Origin: Candidatus Omnitrophota bacterium | Lineage (GTDB): Bacteria; Omnitrophota; Gorgyraeia; Gygaellales; Profunditerraquicolaceae | Reading direction: 5' to 3' | DNA: 64,000 nt | Assembly: GCA_018825985.1 (NCBI GenBank) | Contig: JAHKAP010000018.1 | Span: 4,134-68,133, forward strand | Shown here: positions 1 through 9,425 of the stretch, piece by piece | Layout of the letters: the number at the start of each line of letters is the position of its first letter | Numbering within the stretch: position 1 is the first letter of the stretch | The notes under the pieces: generated by a model | The model's database searches: none | The model's input: only the letters and a program-made list of their open reading frames with translations | Told to the model about the DNA's origin: nothing | Position numbers and translations under genes: made by a program

Positions 1-1242
1 CAGAAGCACTCCTGTTACTGTATTAAAATAAGGCTTCTCGAAGAACCAGGGGCTAGTCCCGGAACCAAGCTTTGCTTGTAAGGTAGACATATAGATAGCT
101 GCATAATGAATAAGAGCCCAAATAATGACCCAAGACTTAACCCAAAATAGATAGATAAAATACTCCTTTAAAATACTGAAAGTTCCGAATAAAAGGCATA
201 ACAACAAAGTAAACGGAAATAAACTATAGATAATCATTACCGCGTAACCCTGTAAGTACGGCAGAGCCTTAATCATAAACTCAGACAAAGTGGTTGAAAA
301 AAACTGCCCTACAAATGATGAAGCATAGGCCAGCCAACTGGCTGGCTGCCTCATTATCCAGCTTAAGCTGGCACTCTTAGATTCTATGCCGTAGCCGGTC
401 ATATTAGAGGCTATATTTGTAGCTGCCTTCTCAGTGTGTCCGGCAAGAAGCCTTATCTTTATTGCCTTGTAATCTATGAAGAGATCAGTAAAAGGGCCCT
501 TAGCGCCTAATTTGCCTATCTCTGTTTTGATATAATCGGTTAGCCTTAAATCCAGGGCTTCCCAACGCTTTCTTTGCTCCAAATCATAGTTCATTATTAC
601 CTCTTCATTTCCCGGCCACCATTTCTTGGTTATTTTTGTTTCTGTTTTGGTGTTATTCACCATTCTGCCTAAAGTCTGAGGGTATTCGTTTTTAAGGAAG
701 CTCTCGAGGTCCTTTCTTAAGGCGTTATCCTTCTTAATCCCTTCAGCGCTAAAATGCTGTAGATATAAAGAAACTTTATTTACGATAAAAGGGTTGTTAA
801 GATAATTAAAATCCTTCTGCTGAGTAACCTTGGTGATAGCGCTTATCGTGCCATAGACAATGGCATTGTAACCTTGACTGATTAAAACAAGCCCTAAAGA
901 GCCGGCCCGGGATTTACCGGTGTCAATAAAGACTTCTTTTAAGGCTTCCTGGGTTGAGTTGCCTTTCCAGCCGGCTGCTTCCATAGTAGAAGTAGCATCT
1001 TCAAGGCTAGCCATAGGCTTAATAAAGACAAATAAAAGAATACAAAACATCATTAAATAACTCCATAAAATTGAAAAATCTGTTTCTTTAACCGATCTCC
1101 ACAAAGTAGTCAACAACCCAATAAGAAAAACAGCCAAACCTATCTTTGTCTCAAAAAACAGAAAATCTATTATTGACTTGGCATTAACCAAGCCAATAAC
1201 CTCGAAAGCCGCTTCTGCGGGAGATATACCTGTGGGAATCAT
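1..1242 (-). CDS. Partial polytopic membrane protein (N-terminal 414 codons, continues past the window edge); tentatively TraG-N / mating-pair-stabilisation-like
   Basis: Absent from the supplied track, presumably because there is no stop in the window. My minus-strand translation from the ATG at 1242 (MIPTGISPAEAAFEVIGLVNAKSIIDFLFFETKIGLAVFLIGLL...) stays open to position 1. AGAGG lies 9 nt upstream. Several hydrophobic spans are present. The segment ALPYLQGYAVMIIYSLFPFTLLLCLLFGTFSILKEYFIYLFWVKSWVIIWALIHY resembles, from memory only, the conserved TM core of F-type TraG N-terminal domains. Confidence 0.55.
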   Translation of the reverse strand, partial: MIPTGISPAEAAFEVIGLVNAKSIIDFLFFETKIGLAVFLIGLLTTLWRSVKETDFSILWSYLMMFCILLFVFIKPMASLEDATSTMEAAGWKGNSTQEALKEVFIDTGKSRAGSLGLVLISQGYNAIVYGTISAITKVTQQKDFNYLNNPFIVNKVSLYLQHFSAEGIKKDNALRKDLESFLKNEYPQTLGRMVNNTKTETKITKKWWPGNEEVIMNYDLEQRKRWEALDLRLTDYIKTEIGKLGAKGPFTDLFIDYKAIKIRLLAGHTEKAATNIASNMTGYGIESKSASLSWIMRQPASWLAYASSFVGQFFSTTLSEFMIKALPYLQGYAVMIIYSLFPFTLLLCLLFGTFSILKEYFIYLFWVKSWVIIWALIHYAAIYMSTLQAKLGSGTSPWFFEKPYFNTVTGVLL

Positions 1243-1263
1243 TTTCTATAACCTCTTGTAAAT

Positions 1264-1293
1264 AAAAAAACCCCAAGCCAAATTGACTTGAGG
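1264..1293 (-). terminator. Intrinsic terminator-like hairpin plus U7 tract, about 20 nt upstream of the ATG at 1242
   Basis: Minus strand reads CCUCAAG-ucaauuugg-CUUGGGG followed by UUUUUUU. The one non-Watson-Crick pair is G.U on the minus strand but C.A on the plus strand, which favours the minus-strand RNA. Confidence 0.6.
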
Positions 1294-1403
1294 ATATAAC
1301 AATTCTCTATTTGCCTTTGCTAATACAAAAAGGCTATCGTGCTGAGATCCAAAACCTTTAACTAACTCTGCATATCCATAAAAAACCACTTTCACACCTC
1401 TCG

Positions 1404-1432
1404 AAAATAAAAAGATAGCTTTTTGAGCTATC
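1404..1432 (-). terminator. Intrinsic terminator-like hairpin (7-bp AT-rich stem) plus U tract
   Basis: Minus strand reads GAUAGCU-caaaa-AGCUAUC followed by UUUUUAUUUU. Confidence 0.45.
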
Positions 1433-1505
1433 CATCCTTTCCGAGAAGTGTAGTACTGCTTCCTTCGGCTTGCGTTATTCTAGTACTACGGGACGCCTCA
1501 TACTG

Positions 1506-1527
1506 AAAAAGCTCTTTGAGGAAGAGC
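1506..1527 (-). terminator. Intrinsic terminator-like hairpin (6-bp stem) plus U5
   Basis: Minus strand reads GCUCUU-ccuca-AAGAGC followed by UUUUU, about 130 nt downstream of the stop of the 1655..2080 gene. Confidence 0.4.
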
Positions 1528-1654
1528 AAGGTCATCCTGTAGGTCTGAACCCATTCGTCATCCAAATGTTTTAATATAAACGTTTTCTTTGCTCATTTTT
1601 ACCTATGATATTATATGCACTAGGGGTTTCGGCGTGGAAGATGTCTGCGCTTTG

Positions 1655-2080
1655 TTATTTGAAAATAATAATAATAACTCCTACTGTGATCAAACAAACG
1701 CCGATCCATTGATACATGCCTAAGCGTTCGCCCAAAAAAATAAGCGATAGAAGTATAGCAAACACCAGGCTTAATTTATCGATAGGGGCTACTAGCGAAG
1801 CCGGGCCGGCCTGCAGGGCCCGAAAATAACAAATCCAGGAAAGCCCGGTTGCAATGCCCGATAGAACAAGAAATATTAAACTGTGTTTATCGATCAAAAA
1901 CGGATTTTTCCACTCACGACGAAGACCTATCAATACACCTAAGAATATAATAATAACAACCGTCCTGATAAAGGTAGCCAAATTAGAAGGAATATTTCTA
2001 ACCCCGATCTTTGCTAATATCGCCGTGATCCCGGCAAAAAAAGCTGACCCAAAAGCGAATATCTTCCAGTCCAACATCAT
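1655..2080 (-). CDS. Small EamA/DMT-superfamily membrane transporter (single EamA domain)
   Basis: 141 aa, about 5 hydrophobic spans, EamA-like pattern (FFAGITAILAKIG..., GPASLVAPIDKLSLVFAILLS). Confidence 0.7.
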   Translation of the reverse strand: MMLDWKIFAFGSAFFAGITAILAKIGVRNIPSNLATFIRTVVIIIFLGVLIGLRREWKNPFLIDKHSLIFLVLSGIATGLSWICYFRALQAGPASLVAPIDKLSLVFAILLSLIFLGERLGMYQWIGVCLITVGVIIIIFK

Positions 2081-2619
2081 GAACTCCTTATGTTTTTGTT
2101 TTCGCTAAAAACGCACCCGCAATAATGCTGGCGGTAAAGATTATGCCCCTTGGCAAAATCCATGGTTCTTTTGAAACCATCATTTTTTTTAAAATCATAC
2201 GCCAAAAAGCTGCCGTGACCCAACGAATCACCAATCTCATTAATAACCTTAGTATTCTTATATGGACTAATAGATAAGGTTGTTGCGAAATAGCCGAATC
2301 CTTTATCCCTGGCTAAGCCCGCCGCCGCGCTCAAACGGATCTTAAAACATACTTCGCAGCGCCTGCCTCCTTCCGGTTCTTTTTCCAGGCCTTTAACTGA
2401 TAAGGCCCAGCCATCTTTATCATAATGGCCTTCGATCAATTCAAAGCCCATAGACTTAGCCGCACCCTTAGCTGCCTCAAGGCGCTTTTTGTATTCCTCC
2501 TCAGGATGAATATTAGGATTATAAAAAAACCCGGTAACCTCATAACCATCTTCCCTTAACCTCTGGATACTACCCGCGGCGCATACCGCGCAACAAATAT
2601 GTAAAAGCGCGTTTTTCAT
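2077..2619 (-). CDS. queH: Epoxyqueuosine reductase QueH (DUF208 family)
   Basis: LLHICCAVCA..., FFYNPNIHPEEEY, EPEGGRRCEVCFKIRL, TTLSISPYKN and YRQHYCGCVFS match the QueH signature Cys pattern. Confidence 0.85.
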   Translation of the reverse strand: MKNALLHICCAVCAAGSIQRLREDGYEVTGFFYNPNIHPEEEYKKRLEAAKGAAKSMGFELIEGHYDKDGWALSVKGLEKEPEGGRRCEVCFKIRLSAAAGLARDKGFGYFATTLSISPYKNTKVINEIGDSLGHGSFLAYDFKKNDGFKRTMDFAKGHNLYRQHYCGCVFSENKNIRSS

Positions 2620-3386
2620 ATCTTCAAAGTCATTCCGTCATAGGCGGCAACCACTTCTCTTTTTAATTCCCGGGATAACTCTTTAGCTATTAAGTCAGGC
2701 CTAGCCTTAAGCATTGACATGCCAAAATGAGTGAGGATAGTTTTTTTGGGTTTAATTTCTTTTATCAGTTTCTTGGCGTCTTCAACTGACAAATGGTCTA
2801 TTTCCGGACGAGGTTGAACAAAGACTATGCCAATGATCAAGGTATCCACTTTGTAAAAATCCTTTAATCCCTTAAAATAACGGGTATCTGTCAATATACC
2901 TACGCTTTTATTGTTCATCCGGAATTTTAAACCATAAGTCTCAACCCGGTGGTCATGCTTCATTGAAACCTGAAACTTAAATTCTCCTACACTATATCTC
3001 CGGCGAGCTTTCAATACCTCTATCTTTTCGGGAAATCCTCTTAAATATTTAAAAATAACCGAATCCCCCTTTAAAGCATCCTGTGGACAGAAAACCAGGC
3101 CTTTTTTCTTAAATCCTCCTTCGGTCATGGCCTCGATCATCACATTGATATCCCCGCAATGGTCTAAGTGGCGATGAGTAAGGATAACCGCGTCCAATTT
3201 AGAAGGGTTTAATTTCGGTTTACTTGTAGAACAACGCACAATGCTGCCTGGACCGGGATCGATCAAAACATTAGTACCATTATAGGAAACCCAAAAACCA
3301 CCGGAGGACCGCAATTGTTTTATCATCACAAAACGCGCTCCGGCAGTGCCTAAGAATTTTATAAAATCACCGCCTACCTCAGCCAT
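2616..3386 (-). CDS. MBL-fold metallo-hydrolase
   Basis: HRHLDHCGD (HxHxDH) motif and beta-lactamase-fold spacing; 4-nt overlap with queH. Confidence 0.8.
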   Translation of the reverse strand: MAEVGGDFIKFLGTAGARFVMIKQLRSSGGFWVSYNGTNVLIDPGPGSIVRCSTSKPKLNPSKLDAVILTHRHLDHCGDINVMIEAMTEGGFKKKGLVFCPQDALKGDSVIFKYLRGFPEKIEVLKARRRYSVGEFKFQVSMKHDHRVETYGLKFRMNNKSVGILTDTRYFKGLKDFYKVDTLIIGIVFVQPRPEIDHLSVEDAKKLIKEIKPKKTILTHFGMSMLKARPDLIAKELSRELKREVVAAYDGMTLKI

Positions 3387-3862
3387 AGTTTTTTTAGTTC
3401 CTCATCAATATCATGTACCTGAGTATAATTAAGATCTATTTTGATGTTTTCATTTTTATCTTTACCTCTACCTATGCCTTTACCTTCTGATTTCCTTAGA
3501 AACTCTTCCACCGATACAGGCTTAGCGCCTAAAGAACGGATAAAAAACTTTATCTCTCTATCATCCGAAACCACTAATGTATTTCTGGGGTTTAATTCTT
3601 TCTCTAACATCTTTTTTATCACATCATCGGCGTTCGTCTCCCGGGAAAATCTAATCTCAAAACCGCATATGTGTTCCCTTGAATAGCCGGCATCAGGAAA
3701 CCCGTCAAAAACAATAATAACCTTATTCTTAAGGCTGCCGCAGAGTCTATTATTTTTTATATATTCTACCAGCGAATATTTTGGGTCTCTTATTTTTTTG
3801 GAAGGATAAAAAGAAGCGTGGCGTATGACATTATACCCGTCTACGACGTATTGTAAGGACAT
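3374..3862 (-). CDS. NYN-domain RNase-like protein (YacP/Rae1-like)
   Basis: N-terminus QYVVDGYNVIRH and later LVVSDDREI are typical of the YacP-like NYN family. Confidence 0.7.
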   Translation of the reverse strand: MSLQYVVDGYNVIRHASFYPSKKIRDPKYSLVEYIKNNRLCGSLKNKVIIVFDGFPDAGYSREHICGFEIRFSRETNADDVIKKMLEKELNPRNTLVVSDDREIKFFIRSLGAKPVSVEEFLRKSEGKGIGRGKDKNENIKIDLNYTQVHDIDEELKKLWLR

Positions 3863-4787
3863 AGATAAGGCCCCCGATGCCGGCGAACACCACCATAAAT
3901 AAAGAATTTAATAAGGACATTGCAAAAGCGATGTCCTTAGATACTCCTACCTTAGCGAAAAAGAATACGATAGTCATCTCCCTTACGCCTAAACCTCCTA
4001 TAGAAATTGGTAAAAGCGTTATCGCTCCGATAACGGGCAGGAATATGAAAAAATAAAGGATATTAACGTTCAACCCTAAGGCCCGGGATATAACATAAAA
4101 GGTTAAAGGTGAAATAGCCTGGATAACAATAGAGATCAAAAGGTTATAAACAATCACCCTCTTATTCCCTTTGAAGTAATAAATCTCTTCATGCAGGTCC
4201 TTTAATGACTCCCTGATCCTGCCTGCCCTGGGAGAATCCAGCATTTTATTTACATTTGAAAATATAAAATTATTAAACAACACCAATAAAATTAACCCGA
4301 GTATCCCGGTGATCAAAGCTATGGCGCTTAAAACGCTTTTATCCCGGATAACGCCCCAGCCGCATAACAAAGCAATCAAAGTAATAACTACCAACCCAAT
4401 ATACCCGCTTAAGCGATCCAGGAAAACGCTGGCTACCACCTCTTTGGTTTTCTTGGTATGTACTGCCAGATCAACGCTGCGCACAAAATCGCCTCCGATG
4501 GTCGAAGGCAGAAATAAATTAAAGAATATCCCCCCGGTAAAAGGCACCAGAAGTTTCTTCCAGGGAAGATTTACTTCCAGAGTCTTGAGTATCATTTCCC
4601 AGCGGAAAAAACATAAAAAATAGTTTAAGAAAAATATCCCCGCGGCCAACAATAAAAGCGGAACGTCAGCTCTACTGACAATCTCCAACAGGCTCTTTTC
4701 ATCCACCTGACGGAATATAAAATACAAAAGCAGGATGCTTATCCCGACCCTGAATATAATGGTCAATATCTTCTTGATTATTTTCAT
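3831..4787 (-). CDS. Flippase-like / lysylphosphatidylglycerol-synthase TM-region family membrane protein (UPF0104)
   Basis: Polytopic. FNLFLPSTIGGDFVRSVDL is characteristic of the family. Start moved to the ATG at 4787 (MKIIKKILTIIF...), directly after the purC stop; the track's extension to 4826 overlaps purC. Confidence 0.7.
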   Translation of the reverse strand: MKIIKKILTIIFRVGISILLLYFIFRQVDEKSLLEIVSRADVPLLLLAAGIFFLNYFLCFFRWEMILKTLEVNLPWKKLLVPFTGGIFFNLFLPSTIGGDFVRSVDLAVHTKKTKEVVASVFLDRLSGYIGLVVITLIALLCGWGVIRDKSVLSAIALITGILGLILLVLFNNFIFSNVNKMLDSPRAGRIRESLKDLHEEIYYFKGNKRVIVYNLLISIVIQAISPLTFYVISRALGLNVNILYFFIFLPVIGAITLLPISIGGLGVREMTIVFFFAKVGVSKDIAFAMSLLNSLFMVVFAGIGGLIYVLTIRRRRV

Positions 4788-4788
4788 T

Positions 4789-5682
4789 CTATTTAAGTTC
4801 GCTTCCCAGAATTTTTTTGTAGCCATCCAGGTATTTCTGGCTGGTCTTCTTAATGATCTCTTCCGGCAGGCAGGGGGCAGGAGGAGTTTTATCCCAATTT
4901 AGGCTTTCAAGATAATCCCGGACAAATTGCTTGTCAAAACTAGGCTGCGGAACTCCCGGCCTGTATTCATCTTTCGGCCAGAACCGAGAAGAATCAGGAG
5001 TGAGCACTTCATCGATAATGATCATCTCGCCGTTGTATATACCGAACTCGAACTTGGTATCGGCGATGATTATACCTTTGGTTAAGGCGTAATCGTGGGC
5101 CTTTTTGTAAATCGCAATGCTGACCTTCTTTAATTTATCCGCTACATCCCGGCCAACCAGCCTCTTTACATATTCCTGGTCTACATTAACATCATGCCCT
5201 TTATCCTCTTTAGTAGAAGGAGTGAATATGACAATCGGTAATTTATCCGACTCTACAAGGCCCGCGGGTAATTGTATTCCGCAGATCGACTGCCTCTGTC
5301 TATATTCTTTCCATCCTGAACCGGAAAGATATCCCCTGACCACACATTCTACAGCTATCGGCTTGGTCTTTTTCACCAGCATAGATCGGCCGGCAAGCTC
5401 GGCTGAATATCTCTTAAGTTCCTGCGGATATTGATTAACATCTGCGGTTATAAAATGGTTCGGGATTATGCCTTTTAAAAAATCAAACCAAAAACAGGAT
5501 AGCCCGGTTAAAACATTTCCTTTATTGGGTATGCCGCATGGCAGGACCACATCAAAACAGGATATCCTATCCGTAGAAATGATCAGGAGTTCATCCCCCA
5601 GATCGTAGACATCCCTTACTTTACCCCGCTTAAAAAACTCTATATCCTTATAATCAGTAGCCAAAACTATATTTTCATCCAT
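4789..5682 (-). CDS. purC: Phosphoribosylaminoimidazole-succinocarboxamide synthase
   Basis: Long-form SAICAR synthetase: [27 protein letters not shown]. Confidence 0.9.
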   Translation of the reverse strand: MDENIVLATDYKDIEFFKRGKVRDVYDLGDELLIISTDRISCFDVVLPCGIPNKGNVLTGLSCFWFDFLKGIIPNHFITADVNQYPQELKRYSAELAGRSMLVKKTKPIAVECVVRGYLSGSGWKEYRQRQSICGIQLPAGLVESDKLPIVIFTPSTKEDKGHDVNVDQEYVKRLVGRDVADKLKKVSIAIYKKAHDYALTKGIIIADTKFEFGIYNGEMIIIDEVLTPDSSRFWPKDEYRPGVPQPSFDKQFVRDYLESLNWDKTPPAPCLPEEIIKKTSQKYLDGYKKILGSELK

Positions 5683-5683
5683 T

Positions 5684-7483
5684 TTATTTTTCCTGTTTGT
5701 TTAAGCGGGATTTAAGATCTTCATACTCCTGCCATAATTCTATAGGAAGATCTTTCTTGAATTCCCGGAAAAACTTTTTTATTCCCTCTAATCCTCCAAT
5801 CCATGATTTTTTATCTATGGCAAATAATTTTTCTAAATTACCCCTGGGCAGGTCAAGACCGGTCATATCTATATCGTTAAAAGCCTTGGGGATATATCCT
5901 ATCGGGGTCTGGCGAGCATCTACTTTATCATTACAGCGGTCCAATATCCACTCTAAAACCCGCAGATTCTCCCGGTACCCGGGCCAGAGAAATTTATTAT
6001 TTTCATCCATTCTGAACCAGTTAACATGAAAGATCTTGGGCGGTTTATGCATCTTCTTTCCCATATTCAGCCAGTGACGGAAATACTCCGCCATATTGTA
6101 GCCGCAAAAAGGAAGCATAGCCATCGAGTCGCGCCTAACCTCTCCTTGTTTCCCAAATTGGGCGGCAGTCCGTTCAGAAGCCATAGTAGAGCCCACAAAT
6201 ACCCCATGCTGCCAATTAAAAGCTTCATAAACTAAAGGCGCCAAGTGCTGCCTGCGGCCGCCGAATACGATCGCCGAGATCTGAACGCCATGATGATGTT
6301 CGATCCTAAAAGAGGCTGAAGGGCACTGGCTAAAAGGCGTGGTAAATCTACTGTTAGGGTGAGCGGCTAAAACCGGTTTACCGTCCTTATCCTGCATACC
6401 GGGCCTCCAGGGATTACCTTGCCAATCAATTCCTGCCTGGGGCACATCTCCGTCAGCATCCTCCCACCAGACCGTTCCATCCGGCTTTAAAAGCACATTA
6501 GTATATATGGTATTCTTTTTGATCGTTTCAACCATATTGGGATTTGTCCGGGAATTAGTCCCTGGAGCAACTCCGAAAAATCCGGTTTCCGGGTTAATCG
6601 CCCAAAGCGCGCCGTCAGAATCTATGCGCATCCAGGAGATGTCATCGCCTACCGTCCAAATCCGGTAACCTTTTTTCTTAAGTCCTTCCGGAGGCAAAAG
6701 CATAGCTAAATTAGTTTTACCGCAGGCGCTAGGAAATGCCGCCCCGATATATTTAATATGGCCGTTCGGCTCTTCAATACCCATGATCAGCATATGTTCT
6801 GCAAACCACGCTTCCTTACGTCCGATATAGCTTGCTAATCGCAAGGCCATGCATTTCTTGCCTAAAAGCACATTGCCGCCATAGCCTGAACCTACGCTCC
6901 AGATAGTATTATCCTGAGGGAAATGCAGTATTAATCTTTTATTAATATCCAAATCCGCCAGGGAATGTAAACATTTGGTAAATTCCGGTTCCTTGTCTAA
7001 ATGCTCCAGGACACTCATGCCCACCCTGGTCATTATCATCATATTTAAAACCACATAGCGCGAATCAGTCAGCTCTACTCCGATTTTACTGAAAGGAGAA
7101 CCAACCGGGCCCATTGAAAAAGGAATGACATACATTATCCTTCCTCTCATCGACCCTTTGAAAATTGCCCTGGCTTTCTTATAGGCTGCGGTTGGTGACA
7201 TCCAGTTATTATTCGGTCCGGCAGCATGTTTTTTCTTCGTACAAATATAAGTAAGATGTTCGGTGCGGGCAACATCATTAGGATTAGTCCGATGCAGGAA
7301 ACATCCGGGCAGCTTATTCTGATTTAAAGGTATGAGTTCTCCAGAGGCAACAGCTTCTTTTTCCAACCTTTCCTTCTGCTCAAGCGTTCCGTCTATCCAG
7401 ACTATCTCATCCGGCTCGCACATCCGGCTGGCTTTAGCAACCCAATTCTTTAATTCTTTGTTGCGTGTAATAAATTTCGTCAT
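5684..7483 (-). CDS. pckG: Phosphoenolpyruvate carboxykinase (GTP)
   Basis: GTP-PEPCK motifs: [26 protein letters not shown]. Start set at [15 protein letters not shown] (ATG at 7483), immediately after the trxB stop; the track's N-terminal extension overlaps trxB. Confidence 0.9.
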   Translation of the reverse strand: MTKFITRNKELKNWVAKASRMCEPDEIVWIDGTLEQKERLEKEAVASGELIPLNQNKLPGCFLHRTNPNDVARTEHLTYICTKKKHAAGPNNNWMSPTAAYKKARAIFKGSMRGRIMYVIPFSMGPVGSPFSKIGVELTDSRYVVLNMMIMTRVGMSVLEHLDKEPEFTKCLHSLADLDINKRLILHFPQDNTIWSVGSGYGGNVLLGKKCMALRLASYIGRKEAWFAEHMLIMGIEEPNGHIKYIGAAFPSACGKTNLAMLLPPEGLKKKGYRIWTVGDDISWMRIDSDGALWAINPETGFFGVAPGTNSRTNPNMVETIKKNTIYTNVLLKPDGTVWWEDADGDVPQAGIDWQGNPWRPGMQDKDGKPVLAAHPNSRFTTPFSQCPSASFRIEHHHGVQISAIVFGGRRQHLAPLVYEAFNWQHGVFVGSTMASERTAAQFGKQGEVRRDSMAMLPFCGYNMAEYFRHWLNMGKKMHKPPKIFHVNWFRMDENNKFLWPGYRENLRVLEWILDRCNDKVDARQTPIGYIPKAFNDIDMTGLDLPRGNLEKLFAIDKKSWIGGLEGIKKFFREFKKDLPIELWQEYEDLKSRLNKQEK

Positions 7484-7484
7484 A

Positions 7485-8399
7485 TTATTTCTTCTCCAAT
7501 AAATATTTTTGCGCGGCGTATGCCGCCTCCGCCCCTTCTGAGCAGGCATTAATAACCTGGTATAACTCTTTTTGGCGGCAGTCACCGCAGGCAAATACCC
7601 CTTCCAGGGAAGTCTTTAAATTTTCATCAGTGATTATAAAGCCTAACTGATTAAGGTTCAATTGATTTTTTAAAAATCCGGTACCCGGGGTTATCCCGGC
7701 AAATATGAATACCCCCTGGCAGGCGAGCTCGCTTTTTGTATTTTTAATAATATCCTTTATTTTAATCTTTTCAACTTTATTCTCTCCGGATATCTCTTCT
7801 ACAACAGTATCCATGATAAATTCTATCCCGTGGTTGTTCTTAGCCTTATCCTGAAGCACTCCGGCTGCCCGGAATTCTTTACGCCGGTGGATGATGGTGA
7901 CTTTTTTGGCGTACTTAGTTAAGAAAATGGCCTCTTCCAGGGCTTTATCCCCTCCGCCCACTACCACTATTTCTTTATTCTTGAATAATGGCCCGTCACA
8001 AGTGGCGCAATAAGAAACCCCCCTGCCGATCAGAACCTCTTCTCCTTTTACCCCCAACCTCTGCGGTAAAGCCCCACAGGCAATGATTATTGTTTTCACC
8101 GGATAAATATTGCTCTCAGTCCTGACTAAATAATTTCCGGATCCTTTTTCAATAGCGGAAACTTCTTCTGAAACAATATTGACCCCCAATAAATCCACCT
8201 GCTTCTTAAATCTTTCAATCAGCTCCTGGGTGGATATGCCTCCCGGGAAACCCGGAAAGTTTTCTATTCCCGAGGAAAGGACAATCTGTCCTCCGCAAGA
8301 CACTTTTTCCAGAATTAAAGTATTTAATTTGTACCGACCGCAGTATAATCCCGCGGTCAAGCCTGCGGGGCCAGCTCCGATTATGATCAGGTCATACAT
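7485..8399 (-). CDS. trxB: Thioredoxin-disulfide reductase
   Basis: DLIIIGAGPAGLTAG FAD motif, redox CATCDG, second VVVGGGDKALEEA motif. Confidence 0.9.
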   Translation of the reverse strand: MYDLIIIGAGPAGLTAGLYCGRYKLNTLILEKVSCGGQIVLSSGIENFPGFPGGISTQELIERFKKQVDLLGVNIVSEEVSAIEKGSGNYLVRTESNIYPVKTIIIACGALPQRLGVKGEEVLIGRGVSYCATCDGPLFKNKEIVVVGGGDKALEEAIFLTKYAKKVTIIHRRKEFRAAGVLQDKAKNNHGIEFIMDTVVEEISGENKVEKIKIKDIIKNTKSELACQGVFIFAGITPGTGFLKNQLNLNQLGFIITDENLKTSLEGVFACGDCRQKELYQVINACSEGAEAAYAAQKYLLEKK

Positions 8400-8406
8400 G
8401 ATTGCT

Positions 8407-8601
8407 TTATCTTTTACTATTAATAAAATTGTTTATTGAACGATCAAAGGTCTTCTCTATATCCGCGGGGAAAAAACAAGCAGGGATCTCTTCGTTCTCG
8501 CGGTGATAAGTGAGGCACTCGCAGCATAAACCCTTTCGTGAACAAGGATTATAAGTGCAATTACAATTTGCGAGGTTCTTTTTTTGGTTTTGACAGGCCA
8601 T
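8407..8601 (-). CDS. Small Cys-rich protein (recalled as the DUF6485-like family)
   Basis: 64 aa. The pattern [33 protein letters not shown] has 7 Cys in 40 aa. It sits between def and trxB. Confidence 0.6.
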   Translation of the reverse strand: MACQNQKKNLANCNCTYNPCSRKGLCCECLTYHRENEEIPACFFPADIEKTFDRSINNFINSKR

Positions 8602-9085
8602 TACTTCTACGCCTTGCCTTAATTTTTAATCTATCTAGAAAATTGGCGTAATCCACTATCAATTTTCCGTTAAGATGGTCTATCTCATGCTGAAGCGCGC
8701 AGGCTAATAGATCTTCGGCTTCAATATTAACCGGTTTTGCTTCCTGGTCCAGCGCCTGAACCGAAATTTTCTTTGCCCTTTTTATTTTAAGATAGGTCCT
8801 GGGCACGCTTAAACAGCCTTCTTCCCTGGTTTGGCTTCCTTGTTTTTTAATAATTTTAGGATTTATCAGTTTATAAAGCCCGGTTCCCACATCAACCACG
8901 ATCAGGCATTCATCTATCCCTACCTGGGGAGCGGCCAGACCAACACCTGACGAATCATACATCAGCTGGGCCATCTTGCTTAAAACCTCCTGATGCCTTT
9001 TGCCCGCCTTATCAATAAGTTTGGCTTTCCGGCGTAAAACCGGATCTCCAATAACCCTAATTTTTAATGGCTCGGTTGCGCCCAT
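8561..9085 (-). CDS. def: Peptide deformylase
   Basis: [17 protein letters not shown] and HEIDHLNG motifs. A basic C-terminal tail overlaps the next gene. Start uncertain (29-nt overlap with panD). Confidence 0.9.
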   Translation of the reverse strand: MGATEPLKIRVIGDPVLRRKAKLIDKAGKRHQEVLSKMAQLMYDSSGVGLAAPQVGIDECLIVVDVGTGLYKLINPKIIKKQGSQTREEGCLSVPRTYLKIKRAKKISVQALDQEAKPVNIEAEDLLACALQHEIDHLNGKLIVDYANFLDRLKIKARRRSNGLSKPKKEPRKL

Positions 9086-9410
9086 CTACTTTAACAATTT
9101 TTGGTTTGATTTTTTTTGCCTCGGCGTCTTCAATGCAGACATAAGAAACAACAATTACCAGGTCACCCGCGCAAGCGCCCCGGGCAGCCGGGCCATTCAA
9201 ACAAATAATCCCTGAACCAGGCTTGGCTTTAATAGCGTAAGTTTCCAAACGAAGTCCGTTATTTAAATTTAAAACCTCTACCTTTTCTCCGGGCAATATA
9301 TCCGCCTTTTCCATAAGCAAGGCGTCTATACTTATACTGCCTTCATAATAAAGGTTAGCCTCGGTAACTTTTACCCGGTGGATCTTGGATTTTAACATTA
9401 TCCTTAACAT
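9057..9410 (-). CDS. panD: Aspartate 1-decarboxylase
   Basis: MLKSKIHRVKVTEANLYYEGSISID includes the self-processing G-S site. Confidence 0.9.
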   Translation of the reverse strand: MLRIMLKSKIHRVKVTEANLYYEGSISIDALLMEKADILPGEKVEVLNLNNGLRLETYAIKAKPGSGIICLNGPAARGACAGDLVIVVSYVCIEDAEAKKIKPKIVKVDGRNRAIKN

Positions 9411-9425
9411 AATTTTTCCTTTTTT

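Noticed and set aside
1440-1500. Possible SRP (4.5S) RNA on the minus strand, because of CCGAAGGAAGCAG resembling the domain IV GGAAGCAG motif
   Set aside because: The 5' side of the would-be symmetric loop (expected AGG...UCC) does not match, the loop would be a triloop, and the flanks do not form the long SRP hairpin. The resemblance is judged coincidental. An Infernal scan would settle it.
7484-7594. N-terminal extension of pckG (MPAVTAAKKSYTRLLMPAQKGRRRHTPRKNIYWRRNN)
   Set aside because: It overlaps the 3' end of trxB in another frame. The conserved PEPCK sequence begins at [11 protein letters not shown] (ATG at 7483), directly after the trxB stop.
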